Assembly: GCA_951406725.2 (NCBI GenBank)
Contig: OX597823.1
Coordinates: 33,852,001-33,916,000 of the forward strand
Direction: 5' to 3'
Source of the DNA: Octopus vulgaris
Taxonomy: Eukaryota
DNA: 64,000 nt
Shown: piece by piece, positions 38,402 to 52,177 of the stretch
Layout: each line of letters begins with the position of its first letter
Numbering within the stretch: the stretch's first letter is position 1
Position numbers and translations under genes: made by a program
Notes under the pieces: model-generated
Told to the model about the DNA's origin: nothing
Databases searched by the model: none
Seen by the model: the letters and a program-made list of their open reading frames with translations, nothing else

Positions 38402-39261
38402 ATAAGGCAATGAGCACAAAGAGAAAACAGCATGTGATTGACAAGTCTTAGAAACATATCTGTCCATGAGAGAAAAGAAATGTACTTTGCCTCAAAACAG
38501 GTAAATGGTTTGGCCACAGGAAGAGTGTCCAGCCAAAGAAAGTTTGCCTCAACAAATTCTACTTGACCCTTTCAAACGTGGAAAAGTGGACGTTAAAACA
38601 GCAACAATGATGATGTTGATAACGTTGGCGGCAGCGGCAGTGGTGGTGGTGGGGTGGGTTTGGGAAGATATATATTTGTACTTTTAGTCAAGTTGATAAT
38701 CATTTAGAAAAGTAAGTTTGGCTTAGAGAATTAGTTCCTAGTTACCAAAATATGATGGAAATATTAACCACAAAACTATGTTACAAAGTTGTAAGTCTAA
38801 CAATTTATTGAATCAAAGCATCAGTTATGAGATTTCTTCGTTATTGTAATTCTTTACTTAGAATAATTTTTATCTTGTAAGGGGACTGGTTGTAATATTA
38901 AGAAATTAATCACAAGGTTTTAGAAAGCAATGAATGAGGGTTTGTATGAAACAGAAAAATATTTTGTTTGTTGTTATCGAGTCTTGAAACATTCCAAATA
39001 ATCAAATAATATCTAACCCTCTGTTATTATGTAGTTGGGATAATCATGAGATTTTGGAAGATAGCTTAAAAATATCATATATATATACATACATATACAT
39101 ACATACAGGTTTCAAAGGGGTGATAGGTAACTGCGATTATGTAAGTTTGTACTCATCAGAGGTAGCCATCATGTAATGAAATATGGCAACTGCTCTCTAT
39201 TGTTGGAGATGCATATATTTATATATACATACACACACACACATTTGCATATGAATATATG

Positions 39262-40620
39262 CAAAGTGTCCCCCGAATAGTGTATACACACATTGAATGA
39301 TTATAAAGTCAGTGTTTATTAAAATACAATTCATTATCAAAATTTGATAAAATCTACAGAATTTATTTTTTGCTATGAATGCCTGTTTTTAAACTGATGG
39401 CTGGTCTCGTCCAGGAGCTGTTGATAAACAAAGCAATGCATTTGCAAACATCAAGAGTCATCATTCTTTTCAGTTTTTGTGTGTACTCTTGTTCAGTGGC
39501 TGCCCCCAATTCATCAAGTGTTGCCAGTTTTGTAGAATAAACTTCATCTTTTAAATATTCCCATAAAATAAAGTCTAGTTTTGCAAGGCCCAGTGAATGC
39601 AGGTCATGTTCTACTGAACCTTTTAACCCAATCCACCTATTTGGCAAAATATCATCAAAGTAGGTCCTTACTTTACTATGGGTGTCATGGGTTGTCCCAT
39701 CTTTATGAAATAAAACTCCACATCTTCAAAGCCCTCTTGAATGCTTGGCATGACAGATTATTGCAGCATGTTATGGCACAAGTAAATGGCATCAGTTCTG
39801 GTACTACAAAAAAAAGAATGGTCCAATTAGTTCTTTTAATGATAAACCACATGCTACTGTAACTCTTAGTAAATTAATATGACGTTCTTCCTTCATAATC
39901 AGATTCTCAGGTCCCCAGTAGGGGCAATTGTGGAAGTTAACTGAATCATTTAATTTAAATGTAGTCCCATCACCTAAACCAATTTTTGTTGAAAAGTGTG
40001 CATCTTCTACGCATCTCACCAAGCACCACTCATAAAACTCCACTCTTCAATCTGGATCATCTTCATTGAGAGAATCAGCTACTCATGTTATCTGGCTTTT
40101 CTCATGACAATGCTTCAAAATACGATGGACGCTTGATTTTGACATTGCTATCTCACAACTCATTCACCACCCAAATGTTCAACTATTATTACTTAATATT
40201 CTAAAAAATCATACACTACAGTCAATTTAAAAACCATAAAAAACAATAAACATGATACATTTATATAAAATATTATTACAAGTATTATACAATATATCAA
40301 ATAATTATTATTTTATTATCATTTAATTAAATATAAATAACATATAATCATAACAAACATATTATCAATCATACAACAATAAAATTAAATAACTTATTTT
40401 ACACTCAAAATAAATATAAATATATATACCAAACAAATTTTCTTGAAATCAGCCTATATGTTTCTACTGACTTTTCTTGCCTTGCTTCTTTGTATCCTTA
40501 GTCTTCAAGGATCTCTCTTCTGCACATTCTTAACAGTTATGTCTGCTCCCCCAAACTTCCAGTGGTACTCTAGGTTAAATTTCCTTTCTTCAAAGCTTAG
40601 TCTGGTCTCCTTTATTATTT
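39262..40620 (-). mobile_element. Tc1/mariner (DD41D/rosa-like) transposon remnant
   Basis: RLSFEERKFNLEYHWKF (N-terminal HTH), DGTTFKLNDSVNFHNCPYW, GLSLKELIGPFFF, PNRWIG, LDFILWEYLKDEVY. Confidence 0.85.
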
Positions 40621-41184
40621 CTAATGGGTTAAAACAAAAAAGAAATGAAAATTGAGTTATCAGCTACTAAAATGTATAGAAATATTTTGTGGTGGGGGAG
40701 ACCCTGTATATCAAATGTTCTATTCATAATATCTTGTGAGATAAATTGGTAGATAGAAACTGCATGAAAGCCTCTTTTATATATGTACGCATATATGTAT
40801 GTATACATACATATTTGTGTGTGTGTGTTTGTGCAGATGCATGTGCACACATGGGCATGAATGTTAACATCCCACAGGTTTCGTTTGTCCCCATTTCTGT
40901 GAAGTAGTGACATACTGTTTACATTACTTGTTGACATTATGACCACTTACTTTGTGCTTTCAAAGACTGCTGAAATAAAGCAAAACCCTTCACTTAAAAA
41001 GCAGTTAAGCATTTGTAGCAGAAAGGGCCTCCAGCCATAAAATGCTGTTGCAGATAAGTTCCTCTCTAACACATGCCAGCATGCAAAAATGTATGTTAAA
41101 GAAACATAGAAATGAACAAATATATATGTCTATGTTTATATATCTATGATTATCATTCAACTAAGGTATAGACATATCTCTAGC

Positions 41185-41202
41185 TATCTATCTGTCTCTC
41201 TG

Positions 41203-41277
<75 letters not shown>

Positions 41278-41315
41278 GTCTGCCTGTCCGTCCATCTGTC
41301 TTTCTGTCTGTCTGT

Positions 41316-41359
<44 letters not shown>

Positions 41360-41625
41360 TTATCTATCTATCTTTCTGTCTGTCTGTCCATCCATCCGTC
41401 TGCCTGTCTGTCTATCTATTTATTTTTCTGTCTGTCTGTCTATCCATCCGTCCTTCCATCCAGCCACCATTCCATCCATCCATCCTTCTGTCTGTCTGTT
41501 TGTCAATCTGTCCGTCCTTCCTTCCATCCATCCATTCTTCTGTCTGTCTGTTTGTCAATCTGTCTGTCCTTCCATCCATCTATCCTTCTGTCTGTCCGTC
41601 CATCTTTCTGTCTGTCTATCTATAC
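41185..41625. repeat. (TCTA)/(TCTG)/(TCCA)n tetranucleotide tract
   Basis: Directly visible. Confidence 0.95.
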
Positions 41626-42279
41626 GTACAAACATGAATTGCATGAATGTGTGTGGGTGTGTGGTTTTATTTAAACCTGTAAAAATTCTTTAAGCAGATT
41701 TATGATAATAGTTTATGGAGTGTTGTGGGTAAGTTGTTAAAGAGGAAATCAAACTCTAGAATTATAAAAGAAAAAAACAAAAATATCCAACGAATAAAAT
41801 GCTTGAAATCAATTATAAATATCTGCAAAAATGAAAATGAAATATATTAAAAATGCTACAAGATATATCTCACTTGTTATAATGGTTACATAGAATTATA
41901 TCTGGTGAAAAAGCGTGCATGGTAGAAAATGGAAATTAGATATATCTGAAGTGTAAAGCATTAGAATTTCAAAGTGATTATCAAGTTGCTAATTGAGGGA
42001 GACCAGCAGCAACATGCTTGGGGACATTGTATTTAGTTAATTAGTAAATTAATAAAAGGTATACATTGAATATTTGCGCTAAAAATAATACACACAATAT
42101 GTATGTGTATATATATATATATATATATTATCGAAAAATATAGTATTAAATATCCATCACAGCTAATCTTACCAATCAGTTTCATGTAAAAGTACAACGG
42201 AATGTTTGGTAACAATCCAATTATACACCTTTACACTCATCAGAGTTAGCCAATATGGAAGGGAATATGGTGACTAAGT

Positions 42280-42940
42280 ATATCATCATCATCATCATCA
42301 TCATCTTCATCATCATTTAACATCCGTTGTTCATGCTGGCATGGGTTGGAGGGTTTGACCAGGCTGGCACGCTGGAAGAGTGCAACAAACTCCAGTCTGA
42401 TTTGGCATGGTTTTCTATGGATGGATGCCCTCCTTAGCACTAACCACTCCAAGAATGTAATGGGTGCTTTTACGTGCCACCGACATGAGTGCTAATTTGC
42501 ATGACACCGGTATCTGCCATGACTGTGATTTTACCTGGCTTGGTGGGTCGTAAGCACGACATAATGCCAAGGGTCTCCATGAAGCACAACACTTGAAAGA
42601 AACTCAGCCACTTTGCCTCCATGAGGCCCAATGCTCAAAAGGTATTCTTTACATGTCACCAGCATGGGCGCACATTGCTAAAGGTCTTGGTCATTAGTCA
42701 TTGCCTCCATGAGGCCCAAAGTTCAAAGATCATGTTTTGCCACCTCATCCCATGTCTCCCTGGGTCTACCCTACCACGGGTTCCTCCACTGTTAGAGATT
42801 GGCACTACTTTACACAGCTGTCTTCATCTATATGCATCACATTACCATACCAGTGTAGTCATCTCTCTTGCACTCCACATCTGATGCCTCTTATGCCTAA
42901 CTTTTCCCTCAAGGTGCTTACACTGACATTGCACATCTAC
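42280..42940 (-). mobile_element. RTE LINE 3' fragment
   Basis: Reverse complement of the RTE C-terminal region (ggtagacccagggagacatgggatgaggtgg) and tail. Confidence 0.8.
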
Positions 42941-44153
42941 CAAAATGTATATCATCATCATCATCATCGTTTAACGTTCGTTTTCTATGCTGGCATGGGT
43001 TGGACAGAAATATATATATATATATATATATATATATCATCAGCATATACACACACACATATGTGTGTGTGGTTGGGTGGGTGGGTAGTTGGGTGCAGGA
43101 ATGGCTGTGAAGTTAAAAAGCCTGTTTAGAACCACATGGTTCTGGGTTCAGTCCCACTGCATGACACATTGGGTAAGTGTCTTCTATTATAGCCTTGGAC
43201 CAACCAATGCCTTCTGAATAAATTTGATAGATGGAAACTGTGTGGAAGCTCATCATATGTGTGTATACATGTGCACACGTGTGTGTGTATGTTTGTTTTC
43301 CCTCCTCCTCCCCCTGCTTGACAGCCAGCGTTGATTTATCTACCTTGCCTTAACTTACCAGTTCACCAAAAAGGAATGACAGAATGACAGAAGTAGCGGA
43401 CTTGAAAGAAAGCAAGTCTTGAAGTCGACTTGTTTGGTTCAACCATTGAAGGTGGTTCCACACCATAAACTCAACCCATCACCACCACCCTCACCCCACC
43501 ACTACAACCACCACTGCCAGTCAAGGCAGCGCTGGCATCGGCCCCATTTGGATAGCACTTTTTATGTGCCACTAGCACGGGGATCACAACTACAATTTCC
43601 ATTTCATTTTGATGTACTTGACTCAATAGGTCTCCTCAAGCACAAGGTACTTTTGAGTGGGCTGGTTATGTGACTCTGGTGTAGGTTGCAGCTGTGAACT
43701 CACTTTATTTGCTGGGTTTTCTCAGTCACAGCATATCTCCAAGGTCTCGGTCTTTAGTCATTGCCTCTATGAGGCCCAATGTTTGAAAGTCATGCTTCAC
43801 CACCTCAACCCATGTCATCCTGGGTCTCCCTCTACAACGATTGTAGAACTGAATAAAGACTGCTGCTAAATCTATTTTCCATTTCCTTCATCAATTATTA
43901 TATATATATACGTGGATTAGATAAAACAGGAGACAGCTGATGAAGGGATTGTTCTTTGTGTTGTCTGTCTTGTTTCTCTATTTGTTTCTTTTGTTGTTCA
44001 AAAACAAAAATTTACTTTCCATGCTTTTGTTTTTTTATGTTCTTGTTTTTCATTTTGTTCAGGTTTTTTTTACTTCCTGTACCCATATATGCATCTATAT
44101 ATACATATATATGTAGGTATGTACATATATGTATGTATATATGCATATATATA

Positions 44154-44193
<40 letters not shown>

Positions 44194-44338
44194 TAATCAG
44201 CCGAAATTGCAAGGATGATCCGGTTCTTGACTGAAGACTGAAGGCTTTGAATGTCCCATCCGTGTTTTTTGTATTGTCTTCTAAATGTTTTGCGTTCTTG
44301 TCCCAGTTTGTATTTTTTTACATATACATATATATATG

Positions 44339-44377
<39 letters not shown>

Positions 44378-44381
<4 letters not shown>

Positions 44382-45232
44382 TCATCATCATCATCATAAT
44401 TTAGCATCCGCTTTCCAGAAGGCTGCATCAAGCCCAGTCTGATCTGGCAGTGTTTCTACAGCTGGATGCCCTTCCTAACGCCAACCACTCCGTGAGTGTA
44501 GTGGGTGCTTTTTACGTGCCACCCGCACAGGTGCCAGACAGACCTGGCAAACGGCCACGAATGGATGGTGCTTTTACGTACCACCGGCACGGGGACCAGG
44601 CGTGGCTGGCAACGGCTACGAACAGATGGTGCTACATGCCACCAGCACGGGGGCCAGGCAAGGCTGGCAACGGACACGAACAAATGGTGTTTTTATGTGC
44701 CACCGGCACGGAGGCCAGTCGGGGTGGTGCTGGCAACGGCCACGATCGGATGGTTCGCTTACTTGTCTCCGGCACTGATACCACAGCTGCAATTTCCATT
44801 GATGTTGATCGAATTCGATTTTGGTTCTGCTTTCTGATATCTAATTTGATTTGGTTTGATTTTGATTTTGATTTTGATTTTCACTTGCCTCAACGGGTCT
44901 TCACAAGTGGAGTTTTGTGTCCCAAGAAGGAAAAGTATGTTGGCCACAGGTTATGTTCTCACTAGTCTTGCCGGGTCTTCTCACGCACAGCCTACTTCTA
45001 TAGGTCTCGGTCTCTAGTCATTTCCTTGGTGAGACCTAAAGTTTGAAGGTCGTGCTTCACCACCTCGTCCCAGGTTTTCCTGGGTCTACCTCTTCCACAG
45101 GTTCCCTCAACTGCTAGGGTGTGGCACTTTCGCACACAACTATCTTCAGCCATTCTCGTCACATGACCATACCAGTGCAAACGTCTCTCTTGCACACCAC
45201 AACTGATGCTTCTTAGGTCCAACTTTTCTCTC
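44378..45232 (-). mobile_element. Young RTE LINE 3' fragment with full 3'UTR
   Basis: LREKLDLRSISCGVQERRLHWYGHV...GRPRKTWDEVVKHDL; the CpG-rich UTR suggests a young copy. Confidence 0.9.
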
Positions 45233-45252
45233 AAGTTGGACCTAAGAAGCAT

Positions 45253-45326
<74 letters not shown>

Positions 45327-45743
45327 CATACACACTTTATATATGAGAGAGAGAGAGACAAACACACACCACTAAAATCTTTCACACATACATGTATGTG
45401 TATCTAATCAGCTCTGCTTGTAAAATATTAAGCAAACTGTAAAAAGAATCTGACCAAACCATTATCAAATTTCAAAGTGAATTGTTGTCGATGATGATGA
45501 TGATGATGATATGATAATTTCGGTTGTGGTGATAACAGACATGGTGAGGGAGGTTGTCATTATTGTAGTGGTGGTAATAACAATAACAGCAGCAGCAGCA
45601 GCAGTAGTAGTAGTATTTGTGTGTTGGTGATGGTCGTGGTTGCAGTGTTGGTTGTGGCAAATCCAGTCCTTCAGAGAAAGATATGCCACTGCTGAAGATT
45701 AGCAAATCTGTCAGAAGATAAGTAGCAAACTATTATGCATAGG

Positions 45744-45780
<37 letters not shown>

Positions 45781-45905
45781 ATATTTCTATGAATATATAT
45801 ATATATAGGTATATATGTATGTGTATGCCTAAAAACATATACATTTTTATACATTTTTAAATATATGCATAAATATACATAAGGTAATGTATATAAGAAT
45901 GAAAA

Positions 45906-45943
<38 letters not shown>

Positions 45944-46122
45944 GTGTTATGTGGGTGTGTGTGGGGTTAGGGTAAGTAGCTGCTTCTTAAATAATCCATT
46001 AGTATTTTATTTCTCTGCTCAACACCACCACCACCACCACCACCAGAACCACTACTACTGCTACTGTTGCTAATACTACAATTACTACTACTAGTAATAC
46101 TATGTGTTGTGTATATATGTAT

Positions 46123-46161
<39 letters not shown>

Positions 46162-46237
46162 CATATATATATTTATTTATTTATGTGTGTGTGGGTATGC
46201 ATATGTACGTGTGCATATACACACACACACACATACC

Positions 46238-46269
<32 letters not shown>

Positions 46270-48289
46270 CACACATCATCATCATTGTATGCATTGTATA
46301 TACATTTCTATTATAGTTATACATGTGTGTATATAAATATCTTACATATCAGAACAGCATAAGAGAATTAAAAAAAACTGCAATATTCTATATTTTGTCA
46401 CTATTTTTGCCAGAAAAATAATTTTAAAAGGTATGGAAAAATGCCAAAGAAAGAGGAAAATATGTATTCAGTGAAATGCATAAAAATATAAATAATATAT
46501 ATGCCACCAAAATTGACTTTGCTTTTCATCCCTTCAGGGTTGAAGAAATGAGTACCAGTGGTTACTGGGGTCCATGAAACTAGCTAGTAACCTCCCCGAC
46601 ATACGTCTTCAAAGTCGTTTACTTAGAATGTGATTTCTTCCTGGATTTACCCAACAGTCAGGTTCTGGAATGTTCAGACATCCACTCATAGTATAATAAA
46701 AGATGGTTTGTCTTTAGAGAATTTATTGTGTACATATATTTTGCAACAAACATCCATTTTGCTTTGTTTATTAGAACTTCAATCTGTAGTTTCAGGAGAA
46801 CATGCAACATACAATGGTAACACAATCGCAAAGTTTTTGCAGATATTGCATGTAGACAGTTAAATATGAAAGAAAACTATGTTTAAAAAATTTACATTTA
46901 AACAATCAGACATAGTTATAGCCATAAAGGATTAGAATTTGAGAAACACAAAGGTAAAAATGGCATAAACCATGATTTAAATGGCAGTAAAACAGAGATA
47001 CCATCAATAACAGTGTGTAATGAAAGCATTCTAGCAAAGCTAAGCAAGTGTTAACTTCCTGATCTTCACCATCAATATAATTCATTTATATGCTGCATAA
47101 ATCAAAGACAACATATAATTTCTAAAGGTTCGTTAAAATGATATTAACCTCTGCAACAACAGCTCATATTTTGCTAGCATTACTAGGTAAAAGTTGTACT
47201 AAACATGAACAAACTACAGGTAAAACAGTGAAAAACATACATGAAGAATGTCAAAGACATAAAAGCATAGAAGAGAGATGTTAAAGAATTTCTACGGCAG
47301 CAGCTTACCTTTTGCTAGTATTGCAGGCTGAAATGATGAACTTGACAAAAGTAAACTGCAGGTAAAAGAAAAAAAATCTAGAAGTATATCAAAAAGAGAA
47401 GTACATCTTTGCCCCAGAAATTTATCTAAAGAAAGGATGAAGAGGAAAGTGACTTAATCCTGTTTAGAAAAAAAAATGGCATAGGGTTTTCATGTATTCC
47501 CAAAAGGGAATTGAAGGGAGCTCTAGCTGATGTATGATAAATTTATGCTCCCTTGACAGGAACAAGACATAGATGTGTGTGTGTGTGTGTGTGTGTGTAC
47601 ATAATTTTTAACAATAAAGATGAAGTTTTCCTGAACATGGAATCCGCAGAGGAAGTCAGTAAGACTGGGGCAGATAGCAGAAATCCTACATGTTACAAAC
47701 ATTGGTGTACAAACTACATAAAGGTCGCAGCCCAGGAAAAAGATAAATGAAAAACAGAAAAAGAAAAAGGATGATGACAGACAACAATAGTTATAGTTGG
47801 CTGCTGTTGACTGCCCCACAAACCATGAGTAAAAGCATCTATGGATGTTCAGAATGGAAAGAAACAGAATCAGCTCAGTATCTTCAGCATCAAGGGCTGA
47901 CAAGGAGAAATAAGTGAGAGAAGGTTTTTTTTTTTTCCTCTACCAGCAGAGAGGCAGTCAGAGGCTTTGAACAAGTAGTTCAGCCTCTTCATTTTGTGGT
48001 CATGGGAATTAATGGTAGTGATGGTGGTGGTGACAGACTCTGAAAATGAAACTATCAGAGACAAAAAAAGGAAAGGAGCAAATTTTGTTTTTAAACTTAA
48101 TCCAGATTAAAGGCAAGTAGGATACTGGAATGCCACATGGAAAGGAACTCGACTTCCCAGAAGAACCTGGATTTCATGGTTGCACTTAAGTGAAAACCAG
48201 GAACTTTCCTTTTATTGAAGCAGCTAAAAAATGACTGGCACAAGAACCAGTCACGTGGCACTGTCACTGGCCATGTTCGGATGGTGCTT

Positions 48290-49494
48290 TTTAAATGATA
48301 ATGGAAAGAAACACACAGAGGGGTGTGTGTATGTACACAGGTTTGCTATTTTGGAGGATCGCTGCAACAAGAAGTGAAGATAAGTGTAGGGTCCATGAGA
48401 AAAAATCATTCATGACCATTTGCACATGCGGAAGTTGTCTGCAAGATGGATTTTCCGGATGCTCACATCTTTTCAGAAGCAGGAATGAGTCAATTGCACC
48501 CAGGCGTAGGAGTGGCTGTGTGGTAAGTAGCTTGCTTACCAGCCACATGGTTCTGGGTTCAATCCCACTGCATGGCACCTTGGGCAAGTGTCTTCTACTA
48601 TAGCCTCAGGCTGACCAAAGCCTTGTGAGCGGATTTGGTAGACGGAAACTAAAAAAAGCCTGTCTATATATATGTATGTGTGTGTATATGTTTGTGTGTC
48701 ATGTATGTGTGCGTATATGTTTGTGTGTCAACATCGCTTGACAACCGATGCTGGTGTGTTTACGTCCCCGTAACTTAGCGGTTCAGCAAAAGAGACCGAT
48801 AGAATAAGTACTAGGCTTACAAAGAATAAGTCCTGGGGTCGATTTGCTCGACTAAAGGCGGTGCTCCAGTATGGCCACAGTCAAATGACTGAAACAAGTA
48901 AAAGAGTAAAAGAGTAGGTTCTTTTGGCAATGTGCCAAGAAAATGAGGAGGACTTTTTCGGCAGATTTATCGCACAAGATAAAACATGGATCCATCAATA
49001 TGATCCTGAGACTAAAGTCCAGTTGAAGCAATAGAAGCATGACAACTCACCACCTCCAAAGAAGGCTTGTGTCCAATCCTCAGCAGGCAAGGTGATGCTC
49101 ACAGTCTTTTTGGACCAGCACGGAATAGTGATGATGGATTTTCTGGCAAAGGGCATCACATTTAATGGGGCATATTATGTTTCCCTGCTGCAGAAATTGT
49201 GGGACACCATCAAAATCCTTCCTCATCCCCCTTTCTCTCCCAGCCTCGCACCTCTTTCCAACAATGAAATCCTTTTTGAAGGGAAAGTACTTTTGGATGA
49301 CGATCAACTTATTTCTCCAGACGCAACCTACCGACTTGTAAAGATGAAGTCTTCACAGCTGCATATAGCAATGGGAGAAGTGTGTCACTATTGGAGGTAG
49401 CCATGTAGAGAAGGACTGATTATTATGACAAGTTTCGTTTATCCCAGTCCTTGGGAAGTGGGTCAGGTGAAATCTTTTATGAACACCCCTCGTA
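48290..49494 (+). mobile_element. mariner (DD34D) transposon remnant, internally deleted and split by a SINE
   Basis: HDHLHMRKLSARWI, DKTWIHQYDPETK, SAGKVMLTVF, PHPPFSPSLAP; terminus ttatgaacacccctcgTA. Confidence 0.9.
48503..48916 (+). mobile_element. Full-length tRNA-derived SINE family 2 (CORE-like ccttgggcaagt)
   Basis: tggctgtgtggtaag A-box-like, ggttcaatccc B-box, internal (TG)n, (AAAAGAGT)n tail. Confidence 0.85.
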
Positions 49495-49496
49495 TA

Positions 49497-49672
49497 CAGT
49501 TTTATATTTAAGAGATGAGGAATTATTTATATTATTTACATTTGATGGATATTTGTCCTCATCTTGTTTGTTGTTAACACAACGTTTCAACTGATATACT
49601 CTCCAGCCTTCATCAGGTGTCTTGAGGAAATTTCAAACCTGGGTTCTCATTCCTAAGGTATTTTCTATGTTG

Positions 49673-49735
<63 letters not shown>

Positions 49736-49970
49736 TCACTGCTTGGAATTCAACTCTTGGATTTCGAGTTCAATTCCAGGCAGTGACCTGAACAACAATA
49801 ATAATAATAATAATAACAACATAGAAAAATACCTTAGGAATGAGAACCCAGGTTTGAAATTTCCTCAAGACACCTGATGGAGGCTGGAGGGTATATCAGC
49901 TGAAGCGTTGTGTTAACAACAAACAAGATGAGAACAAATATCCATCAAATGTAAATAATGTACGTAATGT
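49497..49970. mobile_element. Fold-back hammerhead element, family D, with 12-bp TSD
   Basis: About 200-bp inverted arms including (ATT)n/(AAT)n; acccctcgtata at 49485-49496 versus acccctcctata at 49971-49982. Confidence 0.85.
49576..49621 (-). ncRNA. Minimal hammerhead ribozyme motif
   Basis: gacac-CTGATGA-a ggctg...cagtt-GAAA-cg-TT-gtgtt, stem III palindrome aacgtt; the plus-strand mirror at 49869-49914 has a mutated core. Confidence 0.8.
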
Positions 49971-50930
49971 ACCCCTCCTATAGTTATATTTCCGTTTTTA
50001 AGTGAAACTTGAACAAATTGATGAGAAGAAAGTGTTTGCCTTCAGTCTTTTAAGTCTAGTCCACTTCTCTTTTCCCTAAGGTCACTAGACAGATGGACAT
50101 TACCTGTCCTTCACAGCCAAATGAATGCAACAGGGTGGTCTTTAAATTGGAGTTAGTGGATAGCTAGATCTGCTCTACACATGATAGCAAGTGTCTGACA
50201 CAACTCCATAAATCAGCAATGCTTAGGCACAAGACAAGTGCATGCAGAACAGTTCTGTCACTCTGCATGCACCTCATGCTGGTCTAATGTAATATTTCCT
50301 ATATAACAATAGCTGATATGGTTGGGTGGTTGGTTGATTGGTTTCTCTAGTCATGCCATTATGAAGAGAGTAAATGAGAGATACAGAGGTGGAGAGAGAG
50401 AAATACAGAGAGAAAGGGAGAGAGAACATAACAAGTTAAATTCAAGAGAGGAGTGTTGAAATTGACAAGCCATGGTAGGAGCGGGGAGGTGAAGATGCTA
50501 AAAGTTTGTAGTTGACGAACAAAATACATGACATACACACACACACACACACACACACATACATACATACACACACAAAGAATCATAGAGGAGGAGGAAA
50601 TGACGTAGTTGTTGGTTGTTACTGAAAAAAGGCTCTGCAATAGTCAATATTTATTGCAAAGAATGGTTTCCTTTGATACTTTCCAAATTATGCTGTTCAT
50701 TGTCAGAGTAAATTTCTTTTGCTCCAATCCCAAGAGTATTGACTTACTTAAGAATTAATAACAAACTCTTCCAAATGAAGATATCACTGCAATTGCCACA
50801 ATAATACTATAACACACTTTTTTCTACATTGGTTGTATGAGAAAACAAGTACCAGTAGTATACTGGGGTCAATGGAATCAACTAGTCCCCCTTCCCCCAA
50901 ATTTTAGGTCTTCTGCCTATAGTAGAAAGG

Positions 50931-50986
<56 letters not shown>

Positions 50987-50989
<3 letters not shown>

Positions 50990-51192
50990 GGTAGTGAGCT
51001 GGTAGAATCATTAGCACAGCAGGCAAAATACTAAGCAGCATTTTGTCAATCTGAGTTCAAATCTTGCTGAGGTCAACTTTGCCTTTCATCCTTTCGGGGT
51101 CTATAAATTAAGTACCAGTTGCATACTGGAGTTGATCTAATTCACTGGCCCTCTCCCCCAAAATTTCAGGCTGTCTGCCTATAGTAGAAAGG

Positions 51193-51195
<3 letters not shown>
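50987..51195 (+). mobile_element. SINE family 1 copy within (ATT)n
   Basis: Matches family 1 head, core and tail. Confidence 0.8.
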
Positions 51196-51233
<38 letters not shown>

Positions 51234-51273
51234 GATCATCATCATTATTATTATCATTATTATCATTATTATT

Positions 51274-51785
51274 GAGTGAGAGAGCAGTGCATGCCATCAA
51301 AGTGACACTGGAGTAAAATATATGAAGCCCAGTATACCCATCAAGACTACCCGTCTGATAAGAGTACACCAGGCACATGCATCACAACCATATATGCGTG
51401 CAACGTGGTGATCTCAGAATTTTCTTCTGGTCAAGTAGCCCATCCTGCTCAAAAGGTCCCTGAATGAGGAGTGTTTAAGGATGTTGAACGAACCACCCAT
51501 GTTTCCAAAGGTGAATTATCCAAACCTCAAAGAATTCCTTTCAACATGCAGCTATGATGCTCCCCTACTACTTCTGCTCATGATCAGAGATGCACATATC
51601 GTCAGCCACTATGGGACATACTCAACTGGTTAAGGTCAAACAACCGACAAGCAAATCTATGGTATTGAGCAGAATATTTGCTGTAGCCCATCTTTTATAC
51701 CATGACAAAACAATGTACATGATAACACTTTCAATCAGTTAAGATCAGAAGCCACGAGAGCCACTGTCTGGTACTGCATCAGGGC
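51274..51785 (-). mobile_element. About 0.5-kb non-coding interspersed element abutting (AAT)n
   Basis: Reverse complement of 59809-60355 with an internal deletion near 51415. Confidence 0.85.
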
Positions 51786-51964
51786 TTAATCATTATTATT
51801 ATTATTATAATGCTCCAGCATGATCATAGTGCCCAGGATGGAATAAGGTAAATAGAAAAGGAAAAAAATATAAATATTGTTAAATTATGAAAGTAAAAAC
51901 AGACTTTACTGTTTGTTATTGTTTTGTGACAGGTTGTGAGTCTGGTGCTATAAGGGTATATTCT

Positions 51965-52177
51965 TTTCTACTCTAGGCACAAGGCCTGAAGTTGTTTTTT
52001 TTTTTGGGGGGGACAACCGATTCGATCGACCCCAGTATGCAGCTGGTACTTAATTTATCACCCCTGAAAGGATGAAAAGCAAAGCTGACTTGGACAGAAT
52101 TTGAACTTCGAATGTAAAGACAGATGAAATACTGCTAAGCATTTCATCCATGTGCTAACGTTTCTACTTGCCGCCTT
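51965..52177 (-). mobile_element. SINE family 1 copy
   Basis: Reverse-complement match to family 1. Confidence 0.8.

Noticed and set aside
43925-43975. agacag-CTGATGA...ctgtct hammerhead-like fold
   Set aside because: GAAA and UH are missing; similar incomplete hits at 17285 and 32560-32592 were also rejected.
47309-47355. 47-nt minus-strand segment with good splice signals
   Set aside because: No partner exons or recognisable peptide, and it lies in a locally duplicated degenerate tract.
49869-49914. Three A/G differences between arms as a fossil ADAR-editing signature
   Set aside because: Too few sites, other transitions are also present, and the ancestral state is unknown.
51740-51785. 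HDV-like ribozyme at the 5' end of the 0.5-kb element
   Set aside because: A hairpin is present, but the nested double-pseudoknot pairings could not be assembled.
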